64,000 bases of DNA from assembly GCF_018977255.1 (NCBI RefSeq), contig NW_024704742.1, positions 102,178,001 through 102,242,000 of the forward strand, read 5' to 3'. Source of the stretch: Callorhinchus milii (Eukaryota). Of this stretch, positions 50,900-61,890 are shown one piece after another (position 1 is the first letter of the stretch; every line of letters starts with the position of its first letter). Both the position numbers and the translations under genes were made by a program. The notes beneath the pieces are model-generated. The model was given only the letters and a program-made list of their open reading frames with translations. It ran no database searches and was not told the DNA's origin.

Positions 50900-51265
50900 T
50901 CAAACACTTACTCCTCTTGATGTCAAATCTTCAGCTCTATGCCCAGGCCTTGTGGAAAATCAGGCCCATCTAAAACAGCTTTGCTTCCTATCTCCCTGCT
51001 TTCAAAAGCCTCCTTAAAAACAAATCATTTAATCTACTTTTGGTTAACACCCTTAATTCTCTTCCTCTCAGTGCTTGCAATCATTATCTAGCTCTTTGAC
51101 TGCACTTTCGGTCATCTTTCCTCACTTGCTCTTTTCAGCTCCCCTCAAGTGCCCAGTCATCAGTGTAAAGCATTTTGGATGTCCTCCTAACACGAAAAGT
51201 ACTACATGAATGGACTATATGTTGTATTGTTAATTGAGATATGCTATGTAAGTGCAAGTTGTTTT
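50900..51265 (+). mobile_element. Old L2 3'-end fragments
   Basis: TTCAGCTCTATGCCCAGG..TGGAA..TTCAAAAGCCTCCTTAAAAC; GTAAAGCATTTTGGATGTCCTCC. Confidence 0.55.
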
Positions 51266-51509
51266 CATTGCTGTTTGCTTATTATAGGATTTTGCCATCA
51301 GTAATGTATTTTGTCAAAATTGCTACACTTAGCAGCAAGGGGATTTTCAGAATTCATCTTAATATGATTTGAGGGTAATGTGAGACTTATCCACTGAAAT
51401 ACTTACAATCAATGAAATGATCTGCGTTCCATATGTGACTTTTATTAAATCAAGCGAGTTATATTTAAACATTAATCTGTTCTAAACTATTATAAAGGAG
51501 AACCCTGTC

Positions 51510-52118
51510 ACACTGAACTCGTTTAAAAAACAGCTTGATGCTTTAATGGGAGGATTAAGCAGGGTCTTGTTGGAGCTGAACAGGCTCCAAGGTGACATGC
51601 CTGCCTGGCAATGGAATGTCAGAATAAAACCAGCCCTCTGTGGTGGTCTCCTGAGTCGGGCAGGTCTGCAGTATTCCAGGATACTGCTGATGACAACACA
51701 GCCAGCCTGGTTCATCGGCAGGATGTGGAAAGGCAGATCAGTCCCTGGGGGCAGGGATTCACCCCACTAAGGTCCTTAAATCCTGCAACCCAAAGCCCTA
51801 ATGACTCGGGTACTCCTAGCTGAACAATGAAAGCTTGCCTGACAGCAACATCAATGGCAAGCTATGCGGTTATTATTTATTATTTTAGCTGGTAAGACTC
51901 CAGCAGTACCCCAACACACACTCTGGGGTCCCCTTGCCTTGGCTCTTATCAACCTGCATCTAATACTTTCCGGAATTAGGTAAGCAGGATGAGTCCCTCT
52001 GGGAAGGGAGTGTTAATTCCATTCAATCTCTGGGATTTCCATGTGTAGGTTGGTTTCGATATTCTTAAGGTGACAGGTTTCCGCATGTGCCAGACACCCG
52101 GCTGACCAAACAAAAAAG
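51510..52118 (+). mobile_element. Unclassified retroelement 3' region, copy 3, joined to a CR1-like ORF2 terminus
   Basis: Begins TLNSFKKQLDALMG; ends CGCATGTGCCAGACACCCGGCTGACCAAACAAAAAA. Confidence 0.8.
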
Positions 52119-52159
52119 ATTGTAGGGTGGGTATTCCGGAAGGATGAGATCAAATAGTT

Positions 52160-52390
52160 TTGGAACTCCATCCCATAGTCCCCTCACCTTGCTCCCTCCA
52201 TTGCCTCCTTAAAGGCACATCTCAAGACCCTCTTCTTTGGCCATTCTCCTACTCCTATCCTCCCTGCCCCCCACTCTCCGCTCGGTTTCAAATCCCTTCT
52301 CAGGTCCAAATCTCACTGTCTTGTGCCTTGGGTTGTCCTCCTCATGTGAAAGGTGCATACAAATGTAATTTGTTGTCATCGTTGTTGGTT
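52160..52390 (+). mobile_element. L2 3' end
   Basis: TGGAACTCCATCCC..CTCAAGACCCTC..GTGAAAGGTGC..GTTGTTG. Confidence 0.85.
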
Positions 52391-53734
52391 TGAAGGACCT
52401 TCCTTATCTAGGCGAATCTTGATCATATGGTGACACTCTTCAATATAGCCCTGCCTCACGAATTAATCTCTTAGGTAATGGATCCTAAGATATTATGCAT
52501 CAAAGCTTGAAAATCCCACTCTCGCCTAAATGCATAATCTGCCAACATGCACTATCCTTGAGATGCTGGCATGAGTACATTAGATTGTTCTTTGCATGAG
52601 CTACCAGCTGGCTTTCTGCACTCCTGCGCAGAGTGAACCAATGACTTTGTCAGTGATATCATCAATCCAGATTGAAATTTTCTGTTTTCCAACAACCTTG
52701 TTCTCAAGGTTTTCATTTAGAGTAGCTGCTAATTTTGCAAAAATGTGCAAACTTAAGGGAACTATGTCAAAATAACTTACTTGCCAAGTGGACAAATTCG
52801 GAATATCCAAAGGTTTGTCAAAATTCAAATCCACTCTAATTTTCAAAGGTAAACAATATTCTGATGTTGGCAGTAGGCTAAATGATTGCTCCTTATTTGC
52901 CCCCTTATAACTAACTCTACCATTATGATGCAGTCTGTTTAATTTGTAGGTTAAATGCTGCATTTAAATTACGTGGGCTATTTTTAATGTATTTTTTAAC
53001 TTTAAAATGAATATGTGTTAAGTCGCTATATCAAATGCGAGGATTATTATTATATTATTATAACAACTGTAGTTGGACAGATATGCAACTATGAATTTGG
53101 TCACTGCTTCTAATACAAATGAAATAGGATAGCAGTTCATTTCCCATTACGCTTTAGGGATCTGTAAATTATTTCCTTATTTCTGAAATGCTCTAAAAGG
53201 CCAAGAGTCTCAGATTGGATTTAAAACAAGGAATTGAATTTCTCTTTATGATCTGCTTGCAATGAAGAACAATAAGAAAAGACGTTCAGTCAATAATATC
53301 ACAGGTGCTCCAAGAGGCCAGGTAGCTTACAGCATGGTTTGTAAGCAATAAAAATCAATAAGATTTCATGCTCAACCAATAATAATGTTGGTTGGAATCT
53401 AGTTATGTGAAAAAACAAATTGACTCTAACAAGGTTATTAGATTTAAGGCTGCACTGACTCACTTCCTACGGAATACAAACCTTCAGTTTAGTTTGTTTC
53501 AGTGGAGTCTTCCCGCTAGGCATCAGAAAACTTAAACTGGTTGCACTAACTGATCCCAGATAGCCCTAACAATGTCACAGTTCAGCCCAGGCTGAAGCGA
53601 TTACGTCTGTATATCTGACTGGAGAGCAATTTAATTGTCAATCACAAATTTTACCACATGAAAAAATTAGACTGAGGTTTGAATGATTCTGTGTATCTAA
53701 AATATTAAACATTGCTATATAATATTGAATTCAG

Positions 53735-53860
53735 CTGCTAACTTGGCTCAGTTGGTAGCACTTTCGCCTCTGCACCAGCAACTTGTCAGGAATTGTGCTG
53801 ATGGTCCATGCTGACACTCCAATACAGCATTAGTGGTGCTGTCCTTTGGAGGAGACAGTT
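53735..53860 (+). mobile_element. Old DeuSINE 5' part
   Basis: TTGGCTCAGTTGGTAGCACTTTCGCCTCTG..GCTGACACTCC..GTCCTTTGGAGGAGAC. Confidence 0.7.
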
Positions 53861-54729
53861 ATCTGACCACAGTGTGTTCAGTTTGGGGCTTCCAGTAGGA
53901 GCAAAGAGTCTCATTGTACCTTAGACTGGAAGAAAGAAAACAATCAACAGTTCCCCTCCTCAGGATTTAGTGCCACTTGTTGGAAAGTGAGCAATTGTGC
54001 ATGATGAGTGAGGACAGGATTGGGCTTTTTCTTGTCTGTTTTCCTGAAACACTTGGGCAGAATTTTGGAGGCTTTTCGTTCATTGCCTATGGAACTCGAG
54101 CCCCACATGAGACACCCTTCAGTAAAGGAGGAAAGGAAATCTATGATTTAATAATACGTGTGACACCATATGTTACAATCAGCTCTATCATACCAACTTA
54201 CCAATTTATATATAATGTACAATGGATATTCTAAAATGTTTATAATATATTGCTTGGATGTCAATCACATCTCAGATTTGACCCCACTTATCAATACAAA
54301 TGCAATAAAATGCATTGTAATGCAATAAAAATGATGTTAACAACATTATAGTTCATGCAACCTCACAAGCACATTTACAAGTGAAATGAATCCATTTGCT
54401 GTGTAACGGTAGGGAAACAAATGTAATTTATATTCTGACTCTTTAGTGCCTAAAATGATATAACATGATGAGCTCCTGAGTGATTTAAAGATTTTGTCTA
54501 ATCTTTAAATTTTAGTACCATTCATTGGTTTCCTGTAAATAAATCGCCTGGTTTATGGCATTATCAGGAACCCATTGATCAAATGTTATGTAAGTCTTGT
54601 AGCTTTCACCCCAAAACCTTTTTTATATTGTGAAGCTTTTCCTTAGTAAAAGGGTAGTCTCATAAAGTTCTCACACATGAATGGAAGCTCAAAGTGAAGT
54701 ACTGGAGGGTGTCAGACTCACCATTGTGT

Positions 54730-54793
54730 AGCACTCTGCGACACTACCCTGCATGAAGGGCGCTATATAAATGCAAGTTATTATTGTTGTTGT
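54730..54793 (+). mobile_element. L2 tail fragment
   Basis: GAAGGGCGCTATATAAATGCAAGTTATTATTGTTGTTG. Confidence 0.7.
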
Positions 54794-55435
54794 GTCCGTG
54801 GGCAAACTTCCTCAGTATAGGGGAATCAGACAGGTTGTGATTTGAGCTGGCTCCATGGATCTTCCTGGGCTGCAGACAATCAGAGCAAACATGTATTGTT
54901 TATTTTGTGCATCTTTTTACTTAATAAAGAGGTTGTCTCTTATAAAATTCTACACATGCTTAATTTTCAATCACCATGCAGTTAAACATCAACACAAATA
55001 ATCCCGAACCAGTTTTGAGTCATCATTGTGATTATTTTGTTACTTCCAATGCTGAACCTTTCTCCTGCAAATGGATGATATCAGTAGCATCTTAATGGTT
55101 AGCATCCTGCTGTAATCTCCTTTAACTATTCCCAGACACAAGACACTGTTTACTTTAGTTCTGATGGATTGCATTGACCTCCCAAGCACATGGGTTACAG
55201 CCGCTGTTATAAATTGGGTTCCCTCAGCATTGAACAAAAACTTGGGGAGTTAAATTAGTTTTCTGACTTGTTACAAATGATCGCATGTCAGTGTTCATTC
55301 TGCAGGAGGGTCAGATCAGAAAACGATGGGTAGTTGTCACCACGGCAATATCCTATTATCATGTATGCATCACTATTTGCCTGATACGACTGAGGCTATT
55401 TATACAGTCTCTTCTCTCATGACATGTCATTGGAT

Positions 55436-55778
55436 TATAATAAAATGATAATCTTTGCATTTGATATAGCGCCTTATCACGTCGCTGAAATGTCTCAAAG
55501 TGCTACACGAAATATACTGTATAGTGCAGTGACTATTTTGGGCAAAACGCGGCAGCCAATTGCGCACAGCAGTGTCCTATAAACAGTCGTGGATTGAGTG
55601 ACCAAATTATTATTTTTTTGAAGGGATATTACCTCCGGAAAGTGATTCCCCAATTGACTAACAATGGAGTTCCTACTTACTCCTAGGTAAATAGAGGTAT
55701 GTGGAGTAAGAAAACTCGCCTAAGGTTTCTCCTGTCATGAATCGAACCCAGGTCCTCTCACTTGCAAGGCAAGTGTGC
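55436..55778 (-). mobile_element. tRNA SINE, B-type body with TGC loop (intermediate form)
   Basis: CCTAGGTAAATAGAGG segment present, but head reads GCCTTGCAAGTGAGAG on the minus strand. Confidence 0.88.
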
Positions 55779-55884
55779 TGTATTTGAAAATTGTGATACT
55801 GCGAAAGGACACATTATAAGGGAAGTTATTTTATTAACCCAAAAGCCTCAATAAATGTCTTAATAATAAAAGCCTTAATAATAT

Positions 55885-56330
55885 TGTGCTCTGAGACATT
55901 ACCCAGTGTGAAAGGTGCTATAGAAATGCAAGTTGTTGTGGTATAATAGAGATTATATTGGTGCTTGGATAATAATGAAGGATAAGATGCTGGTTGCCTG
56001 GGGTTTAATCCATCTAGTCACTGTTTTGAAAAGGTGTAAAGGCAAGTGTTGAAACCATCATTGTATGCTTATAATGCTGATACTCCCAACACTTTTGAAT
56101 ACAGTGTTGACTTTGTTACCACTTTTGTCTCTGGAGGGAAGTCTGCCTATAAAGACAACTAGTAGTGTATAAGGGCTGATTTCCCTTCCATTCCAGATCG
56201 ACTTAAATAAGTGCTTTGAAATGCTACCCTGCGTGAGGGGCGCTTTATAAATGCAAGTTGTTGTTGTACGACTTCAACAACAACCTACATTCATTCAGAG
56301 CTTTTCACACAGGATAGCGTCCCTGAGCCA
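55885..56330. mobile_element. Three isolated L2 tail fragments (+55885-55939, +56208-56266, -56275-56328)
   Basis: AAATGCAAGTTGTTG ends; CAACAACAACCTACATT in the opposite orientation. Confidence 0.65.
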
Positions 56331-56360
56331 AATCTCCTATGACCTCCTCTGAGTTGATCC

Positions 56361-56447
56361 TTATAATAATAACATACATATAATAATATATAATAATATA
56401 TAACAATAATATATTATATTCATATAATAATATATAATAATAATAAT
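56361..56447. repeat. Degenerate (TAA)/(TA) low-complexity tract, probably an expanded SINE tail
   Basis: Direct reading; ends TAATAATCC like a minus-strand SINE tail. Confidence 0.8.
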
Positions 56448-56660
56448 CCACATGCCTAATAATAATCCCTCAAGAAAATAACACAATAATAAATTGGTCA
56501 TTTCAATCCACGACTGTTTGTGGGACACTGCTGTCGCAACTGACTGCCGTGTTTCACCCACAAATGTACAGTCAATTCATTTTACAGTATATTCTGTGAA
56601 GCGCTTTGAGACGTCTAAAAGATGTGAAAAGCGCTAAATCAAATGCAAGGATTATTATTA
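56447..56660 (+). mobile_element. 5'-truncated SINE A
   Basis: TCCACATGCCTAATAATAATCCCTC..Deu part..AAATGCAAGGATTATTATT. Confidence 0.9.
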
Positions 56661-56661
56661 C

Positions 56662-56828
56662 ATGCATTTGATATAGCGCCTTATCATGTCTTCGAGACGT
56701 TTCAAAGCTCTTCACAGAATATACTGTAAAGTAAATTGACTGCATACTTGTGGGCAAAATTTGGCAGCCAATATGTGTACAGCAGGGTCCCATAAACAGC
56801 CGTGGATTGAGTGACCAATTTATTATTC
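56662..56828 (-). mobile_element. SINE B 3' half
   Basis: TGCATTTGATATAGCGCCTTATC..GTGGATTGAGTGACCAATT. Confidence 0.9.
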
Positions 56829-57949
56829 AGTGTTCCTTAGTGTTATAGCCTTTCACCTGGAAACATTTGGTATCAACAGGAAAATTGCTGCTGAAAGAAA
56901 AAAATGTTATATACTAAAATTATCAAGAGTTAGGACATCAAACTGAATGGCTGGGTTGAACCTCTGCTAAATTATAAGTCAATGAGTCTGAGTTAGGAGC
57001 GGCATTCTAAACCCGAGCAGGTTCTTGAGCTCATCACATCAGCAATGAGATCATGTCAAGATACTGAAGCACACTCAAATACCACTGGAGCTAGTGTAGG
57101 CTCTCAGCCACACCAATAATGCAAGCAAAATCGCAAAACAAAAGGCTGGAGCAAAGTCGTCTGATTTGGGGGAGAGTCTCACTACGCTACTGTTAATGAT
57201 GTAGCGGCTTGTTATTGACTATATTCGGTGCCGGATATTTTTCTGTGAGACCAATTTCAGTACCCCAACAACAGCCATAGCTGAGGTTACATAACACAAA
57301 GATTCAAAGCTGGGATATTTCTGGCCCACAATTCAGTACTGCAGCACACAGGGCATTGAGCCATATTAGGGAAGAACAAATGACAATTTCAATCATGTTA
57401 AAAAAAACAGATTAACTGCATCGATTTTGTTTTATTGCAATTTTGTATTAGGTCATTGAAACACAAACAATTGACAATGAAGCTTGAGTGCTTTTTGTCT
57501 TTATTCCTGGTCAACACAACCTCAAATTGTATTTATTATCAATTTGTATATATCGACAAAATAAATTCTATTTTTGATGAAAGCAAAGATGGCTGTTCAG
57601 CAATCATAGCGTGGCTGGAAGTGAACTGAGCAAATGGATAAATGGACAGGAGCACTGCACTCAGGTTTGATGTCTACATAGGGTTAGAGGTCATGTGTGG
57701 CTGATGGACCACAGAGCACAATACAGTAATTTGAAAATGAAAGGAGAGATGTTTATGTAAACATTGGAGTCTGAAATCGTTCACAGAGAAGTATGCCCAC
57801 AGATGTAAAACACAAGCCTAATGGAATTGCCATTTCACTGTCTGAACAAAATGTATAGACGTCAATTGTTCTATATCTTAACTCATTCTATTCCTAAATT
57901 GTGACTGCTACAGAAAAGGTGGTTCAAAGCATGGCCCTGATAAAATAAG

Positions 57950-58355
57950 CCTGGCAGTACATTCACCTCTTAGTCAGAAGGTTGTAGTTTCCAGCCCACA
58001 TTGGGACTTGAACTCACATAGTCTAAGCTGATAGTAGTAACATGCAGTGCTGGGGTAGTGGGGGATGTCTTCTTCAGATGAGACGTTGAACCCAGGTGCT
58101 GTCTGTTTATTCAGATAAATGTTAAAGATCCCTTAACACTATTTGAAAAGAGAAGAGAATTTCTTCTGGTGTCCTGGCCAACAATCCTTCAAATAAAATT
58201 GGTTGCTTCATAGGTGTTTGTAGGTCATTGCTGTGTGCAAATTGGCTGCTGGTTTGTCCACAAATACAGTCACTCTACTTCACAGTAAATCTTGTGAAGC
58301 ACTTTGGGACGTCCTCCTGACTTGAAAGGTGCTGTATGGAATGCAAAGATTATTA
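57950..58355 (+). mobile_element. Full-length old DeuSINE
   Basis: AGTCAGAAGGTTGTAG head, CTTCAGATGAGACGTTGAACC, Deu domain, tail. Confidence 0.87.
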
Positions 58356-58374
58356 CAGTTGGGACTTAATTTGG

Positions 58375-58910
58375 AAATTGCTATACTTCCAATATACAAT
58401 ATTGAGCCAAAATAGTGGGGTAATCCTACCACTTTACAAATCAGTGGTGCAACCGTACTTGGAATTCTGTGTGCAGTTCTGGTCACAGCAATATAAAAGG
58501 GATATTGCCGTGATTTAGAGGATACCGAGGAGGGCAACCAAAATGATTGAGGGGATAGAGGGACTGGACTACGAGGTGTGATTAGATAAACTGGGCATGT
58601 TCACACAGGAGAAGAGAAGGATTGAGGGCGATATGATTATGGTCTTTAAGATTCTGAAGGGAATAGATAATGTAGACCATGATAAGTTGTTTTATCTTGT
58701 ACTGAACAGTAGAACTAGAAGACACGGCCTGTGATTGAAGGGGGGTAAATTCAGAACAAATCTGCGAAAACGCTACTTCAGTGAGAGAGTAATAAAGTTA
58801 TGGAACAGACTCCCTAGGGAGACAGTGGAAACAGAAAATGTCATTTGTTTCAAGATCAAATAAGTAGATTTCTGCTAGAAAATAATATCTCGGGATACAG
58901 TATATAGTTT
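58375..58910 (+). mobile_element. CR1 ORF2 C-terminal fragment
   Basis: ILPLYKSVVQPYLEFCVQFWS..RRATKMIEG..YFSERVIKLWNRLP. Confidence 0.9.
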
Positions 58911-59077
58911 GGGACACGACATGTCAAGCGACTGCCAACTGATTTAAACTGGTTACATTAAATGTATTTCAATTAGAGATTTTATTGTGATATCATCAAG
59001 TGGATATCAGTAGGGCTTTATCTGGCCCTAATATACTAAACGTGCTAAGCTGTAAACTGTACACAACAAAACTTCTA

Positions 59078-59322
59078 GCTGTTCAAGTAGATGTTAAAGA
59101 TCCCTTGGCACTATTGGTGATGAGAAGGAAGTTTCTCCTGGTGTCCTAGACAACAATCTCAGAGGAAAAAAATGGTCATTCACTTCATGTCTGTTGCTGT
59201 GCGCAAACTAGCTGCAGCATACACCAATACATAGTAACTACATTTGACAAGAAAATTCTGTGAAGTGTTTAGACATTTTGATGTGATAACGCATTGTATC
59301 AAAATCAAGAATTATTATTATA
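59078..59322 (+). mobile_element. Old DeuSINE fragment
   Basis: GATGTTAAAGATCCCTTGGCACTATT..TTGCTGTGCGCAAAC..AGAATTATTAT. Confidence 0.8.
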
Positions 59323-59444
59323 ATGTTGCATTTAAGAAATTGTAATCAGCTTCTCATTCCTCAACAAAGAACATTGTTGCAAAGCTATGGTTAGTGTAGG
59401 TATACATAAAAAAACTGAACAATGTGTCAAAATGAAGAAGATTT

Positions 59445-59955
59445 TATGTGAGATGCCTCAGTATTCCCTCCTGTTCCATGTATACATTAATGACCAGGAT
59501 TTGCAGAACCATCGTAAAGTTGCAGCTAACACCAAGTTGGAGAGCTATGGAAACTTTAGAATAATTTGGCATGATTAAACAAGCTATTCGCTGTTCAGTG
59601 TAGAAAGCAGCATCTCAGAAGAGATCATATAGAGGTATATATGATTTTAAATGGGATTAAGAAAACAAACAGAAAATTATATTCAGGTATACCAAGACAG
59701 CAGGATAAGAAGATACAGGTTTAGGGTTTCAAAGAGCATTTTCAGGACAGACATCAAGGCGTATTTATTTACCTAGAGAGTAATTAACAACTGGAACATG
59801 TTACTAGGAAGGAATGGTTGAGGCTAGGACTCTGGATTCATTTAAAAAAAAGTTTGACACTGTGATGGCAGGTTGAGGGGGGGTGTATTTGGAAAGAATG
59901 AAATTACATGGGCCGGAGGCCTTTGTCCAAACCTGTCTTGTGATCTCTTGCGATC
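59445..59955 (+). mobile_element. Heavily deleted CR1 fragment
   Basis: LFHVYINDQD..VAANTKL; TTTACCTAGAGAGTAATTAAC..TGGAAC; CTTGTGATC tail. Confidence 0.7.
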
Positions 59956-60211
59956 AAATGTAGGTTGAGTTGATTCACAGTGGAAAAATCACCCGACATA
60001 CACTACCAATTGTCTTGAGTTATCCTATTGACTGTGCAACCCTTAATACAAGGATTGATTACAACTTCACATTATACATGTACTTTGATATGGTAAATAG
60101 TTTTGAACAACAAAATCAAATAATCTAGATGCATCATACTGTATGTATGATCTTCCATAATGATCTAAATTTAGGAAACAAGATATAAATTCACTGAGGA
60201 AGCAAGCAATG

Positions 60212-60340
60212 GTAATAATAATAATGCTCCTTGCATTTGGTGTAGTACTTTTCAAGTCAGGAGGACATCTCAAAGTGCTTCACAGGATATGCTGTAAAGT
60301 GTAGTGACTGTAATTTGTAGGTGAACATGGCAGCTATGGT
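60212..60340 (-). mobile_element. SINE tail fragment
   Basis: (AAT)n..CCTTGCATTTG..CTCAAAGTGCTTCACAGG. Confidence 0.8.
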
Positions 60341-60480
60341 TCCATAAAATGTATATGCACAATGGTATAAATTAATTTATAATTACTTATTATTAATACA
60401 ATAAATATTGTATGATTCTAAGTGTGATTTTAACTGGCTCAAAACATTATACTTTTGCCATGGCTGCTAAATCCTATTAA

Positions 60481-60567
60481 TACAATACAAAATTACATTT
60501 GTATAGTGCTTTTCACATCGGGAGGAAGTCCGAAGGTGCTGGACATTCAGGGATTTGGACCCAAGCA
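60481..60567 (-). mobile_element. L2 tail fragment
   Basis: TTACATTTGTATAGTGCTTTTCACATCGGGAGG. Confidence 0.75.
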
Positions 60568-60975
60568 GTATTAATAACATTTAAGCATGCACCTTGCAGG
60601 ATTTCTTTAAAAGTTACTCTTATAACTTAATTTTAGATTTTATTTTGCTTTGTAGAAAAATTAATATTTTAAGGTTCGATTCCCTCAATGCTGCAAACTG
60701 AGTTTCTGTTATGAATGCATAACACAGGATACTTTTCCTGTGACCATTATAGGTCCGATTTTGGTATTTTTACTAAATGACAAAACAAATTCTTTAATTC
60801 ATATTTTTTCAATATTATTTGTCATTACACAAAATATCTCGACATTGTGACTCTTAGTTTTATAAAGAAAAAACAAGTGATTGAAGAGCTGGTTCTTAAA
60901 CAATAATGCTGGGTGGGAATTCATGCCATCCCACTCCCACCCCACCATTCTGTATCAATGAGGGAGCAATAATAA

Positions 60976-61476
60976 GAACAACAACAACTTGCATTTCTAT
61001 AGTGCCCTTCACAAGTGAAGCATCTCTATATGCTCAACAGTGGTGGAGCTTGATGCCAAGCTGGAGAAAGAAGGGAGATGAAAGTTGATGCTCATCCAGG
61101 CCTTGATGTCTGACAGCACAATCAGTGGACCTGGATCCATGACTGGAAGAGGAGAATATATTTGGGTGTCAACTGCATCTGTGTGGAAATTGACCCCATG
61201 TCCATGGAAGACATCACCAAGAGGGAGCATGTAAATGAGGAAAAGGAGGGGGCTAAGGATGGAGCTTTAGGCTATGTGGCAGGTGACCGGGCAGGAGGAG
61301 AAAACCATTTGTAGAGATGTAATGATGACAGTGGGTCCAGTATGACTCAAACCAGGGGAGTACATTCCTACTGAGGTGGATGAGGGAGGAAGGTGGTGAA
61401 GGAGGAGGGCATGATTGGCTGTGTTGAAAGCAGCGGAGAGGTCAGGGGGGACAAGGAGGTAGAGGGAGCCCTGGTC
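60976..61476 (-). mobile_element. L2 tail fused to an RT fragment (large internal deletion)
   Basis: (CAA)n tail at 60976; MLPLGDVFHGHGVNFHTDAVDTQIY; 5' end at GGAGCCCTGGT. Confidence 0.85.
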
Positions 61477-61656
61477 TTAGAGAGAGCAGCAATGCTGCTA
61501 CTATGGTAGCAGTATTGCACAGGGTGTGAGCATAGGAACCAAGTGAAATGACCTGGCTTCAGTCATACAGTTCGTCCTACCCTGTGAGAAGGAGTAAGGG
61601 GCATAATGCTAGCACCTCCCAAGATAGACTAGAGTCTTCATCCTGTGTTGCCTATA

Positions 61657-61890
61657 GGGAGAAATTCCATTTTGGGTCTAGATCTGCTTTATTTTCTTAG
61701 TTATTTCAGAGCTACCAAAATTTGGCAAATTGTTGAATTCAACCTTAACTTTTAAACCATTTGTCTGTAGTTCTTAAAAGAACTTATAGAAACTGGCTTC
61801 AAAATTAAGATTGTACTTAAGAATTTGCCAAATTCTGGAAGCAGAGATACTAAAAAATGAGAAAATCTAGACCTAGGTGGAATTTCTATC
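61657..61890. mobile_element. Palindromic MITE/foldback-like element, copy 1
   Basis: GAAATTCCA..GGTCTAGAT vs ATCTAGACC..TGGAATTTC; TTTGGCAAATT vs AATTTGCCAAA; centre GTTCTT-AA-AAGAAC. Confidence 0.8.

Noticed and set aside
52601..52963. 120 aa minus-strand ORF containing a CAA|GTAAGT donor-like site
   Set aside because: No recognisable homology, weak acceptor, and opposite strand to the better exon candidates; cannot be supported without a search.
54483..54575. Short hairpins (ATTTAAAGATT/AATCTTTAAAT; GGTTTCCTG/CAGGAACC) as pre-miRNAs
   Set aside because: Stems are too short or too interrupted and AT-rich; no known mature miRNA recognised.
61489..61519. 13-bp hairpin as a terminator or ncRNA
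   Set aside because: Isolated short palindrome next to an L2 junction; intrinsic terminators do not apply in this context.
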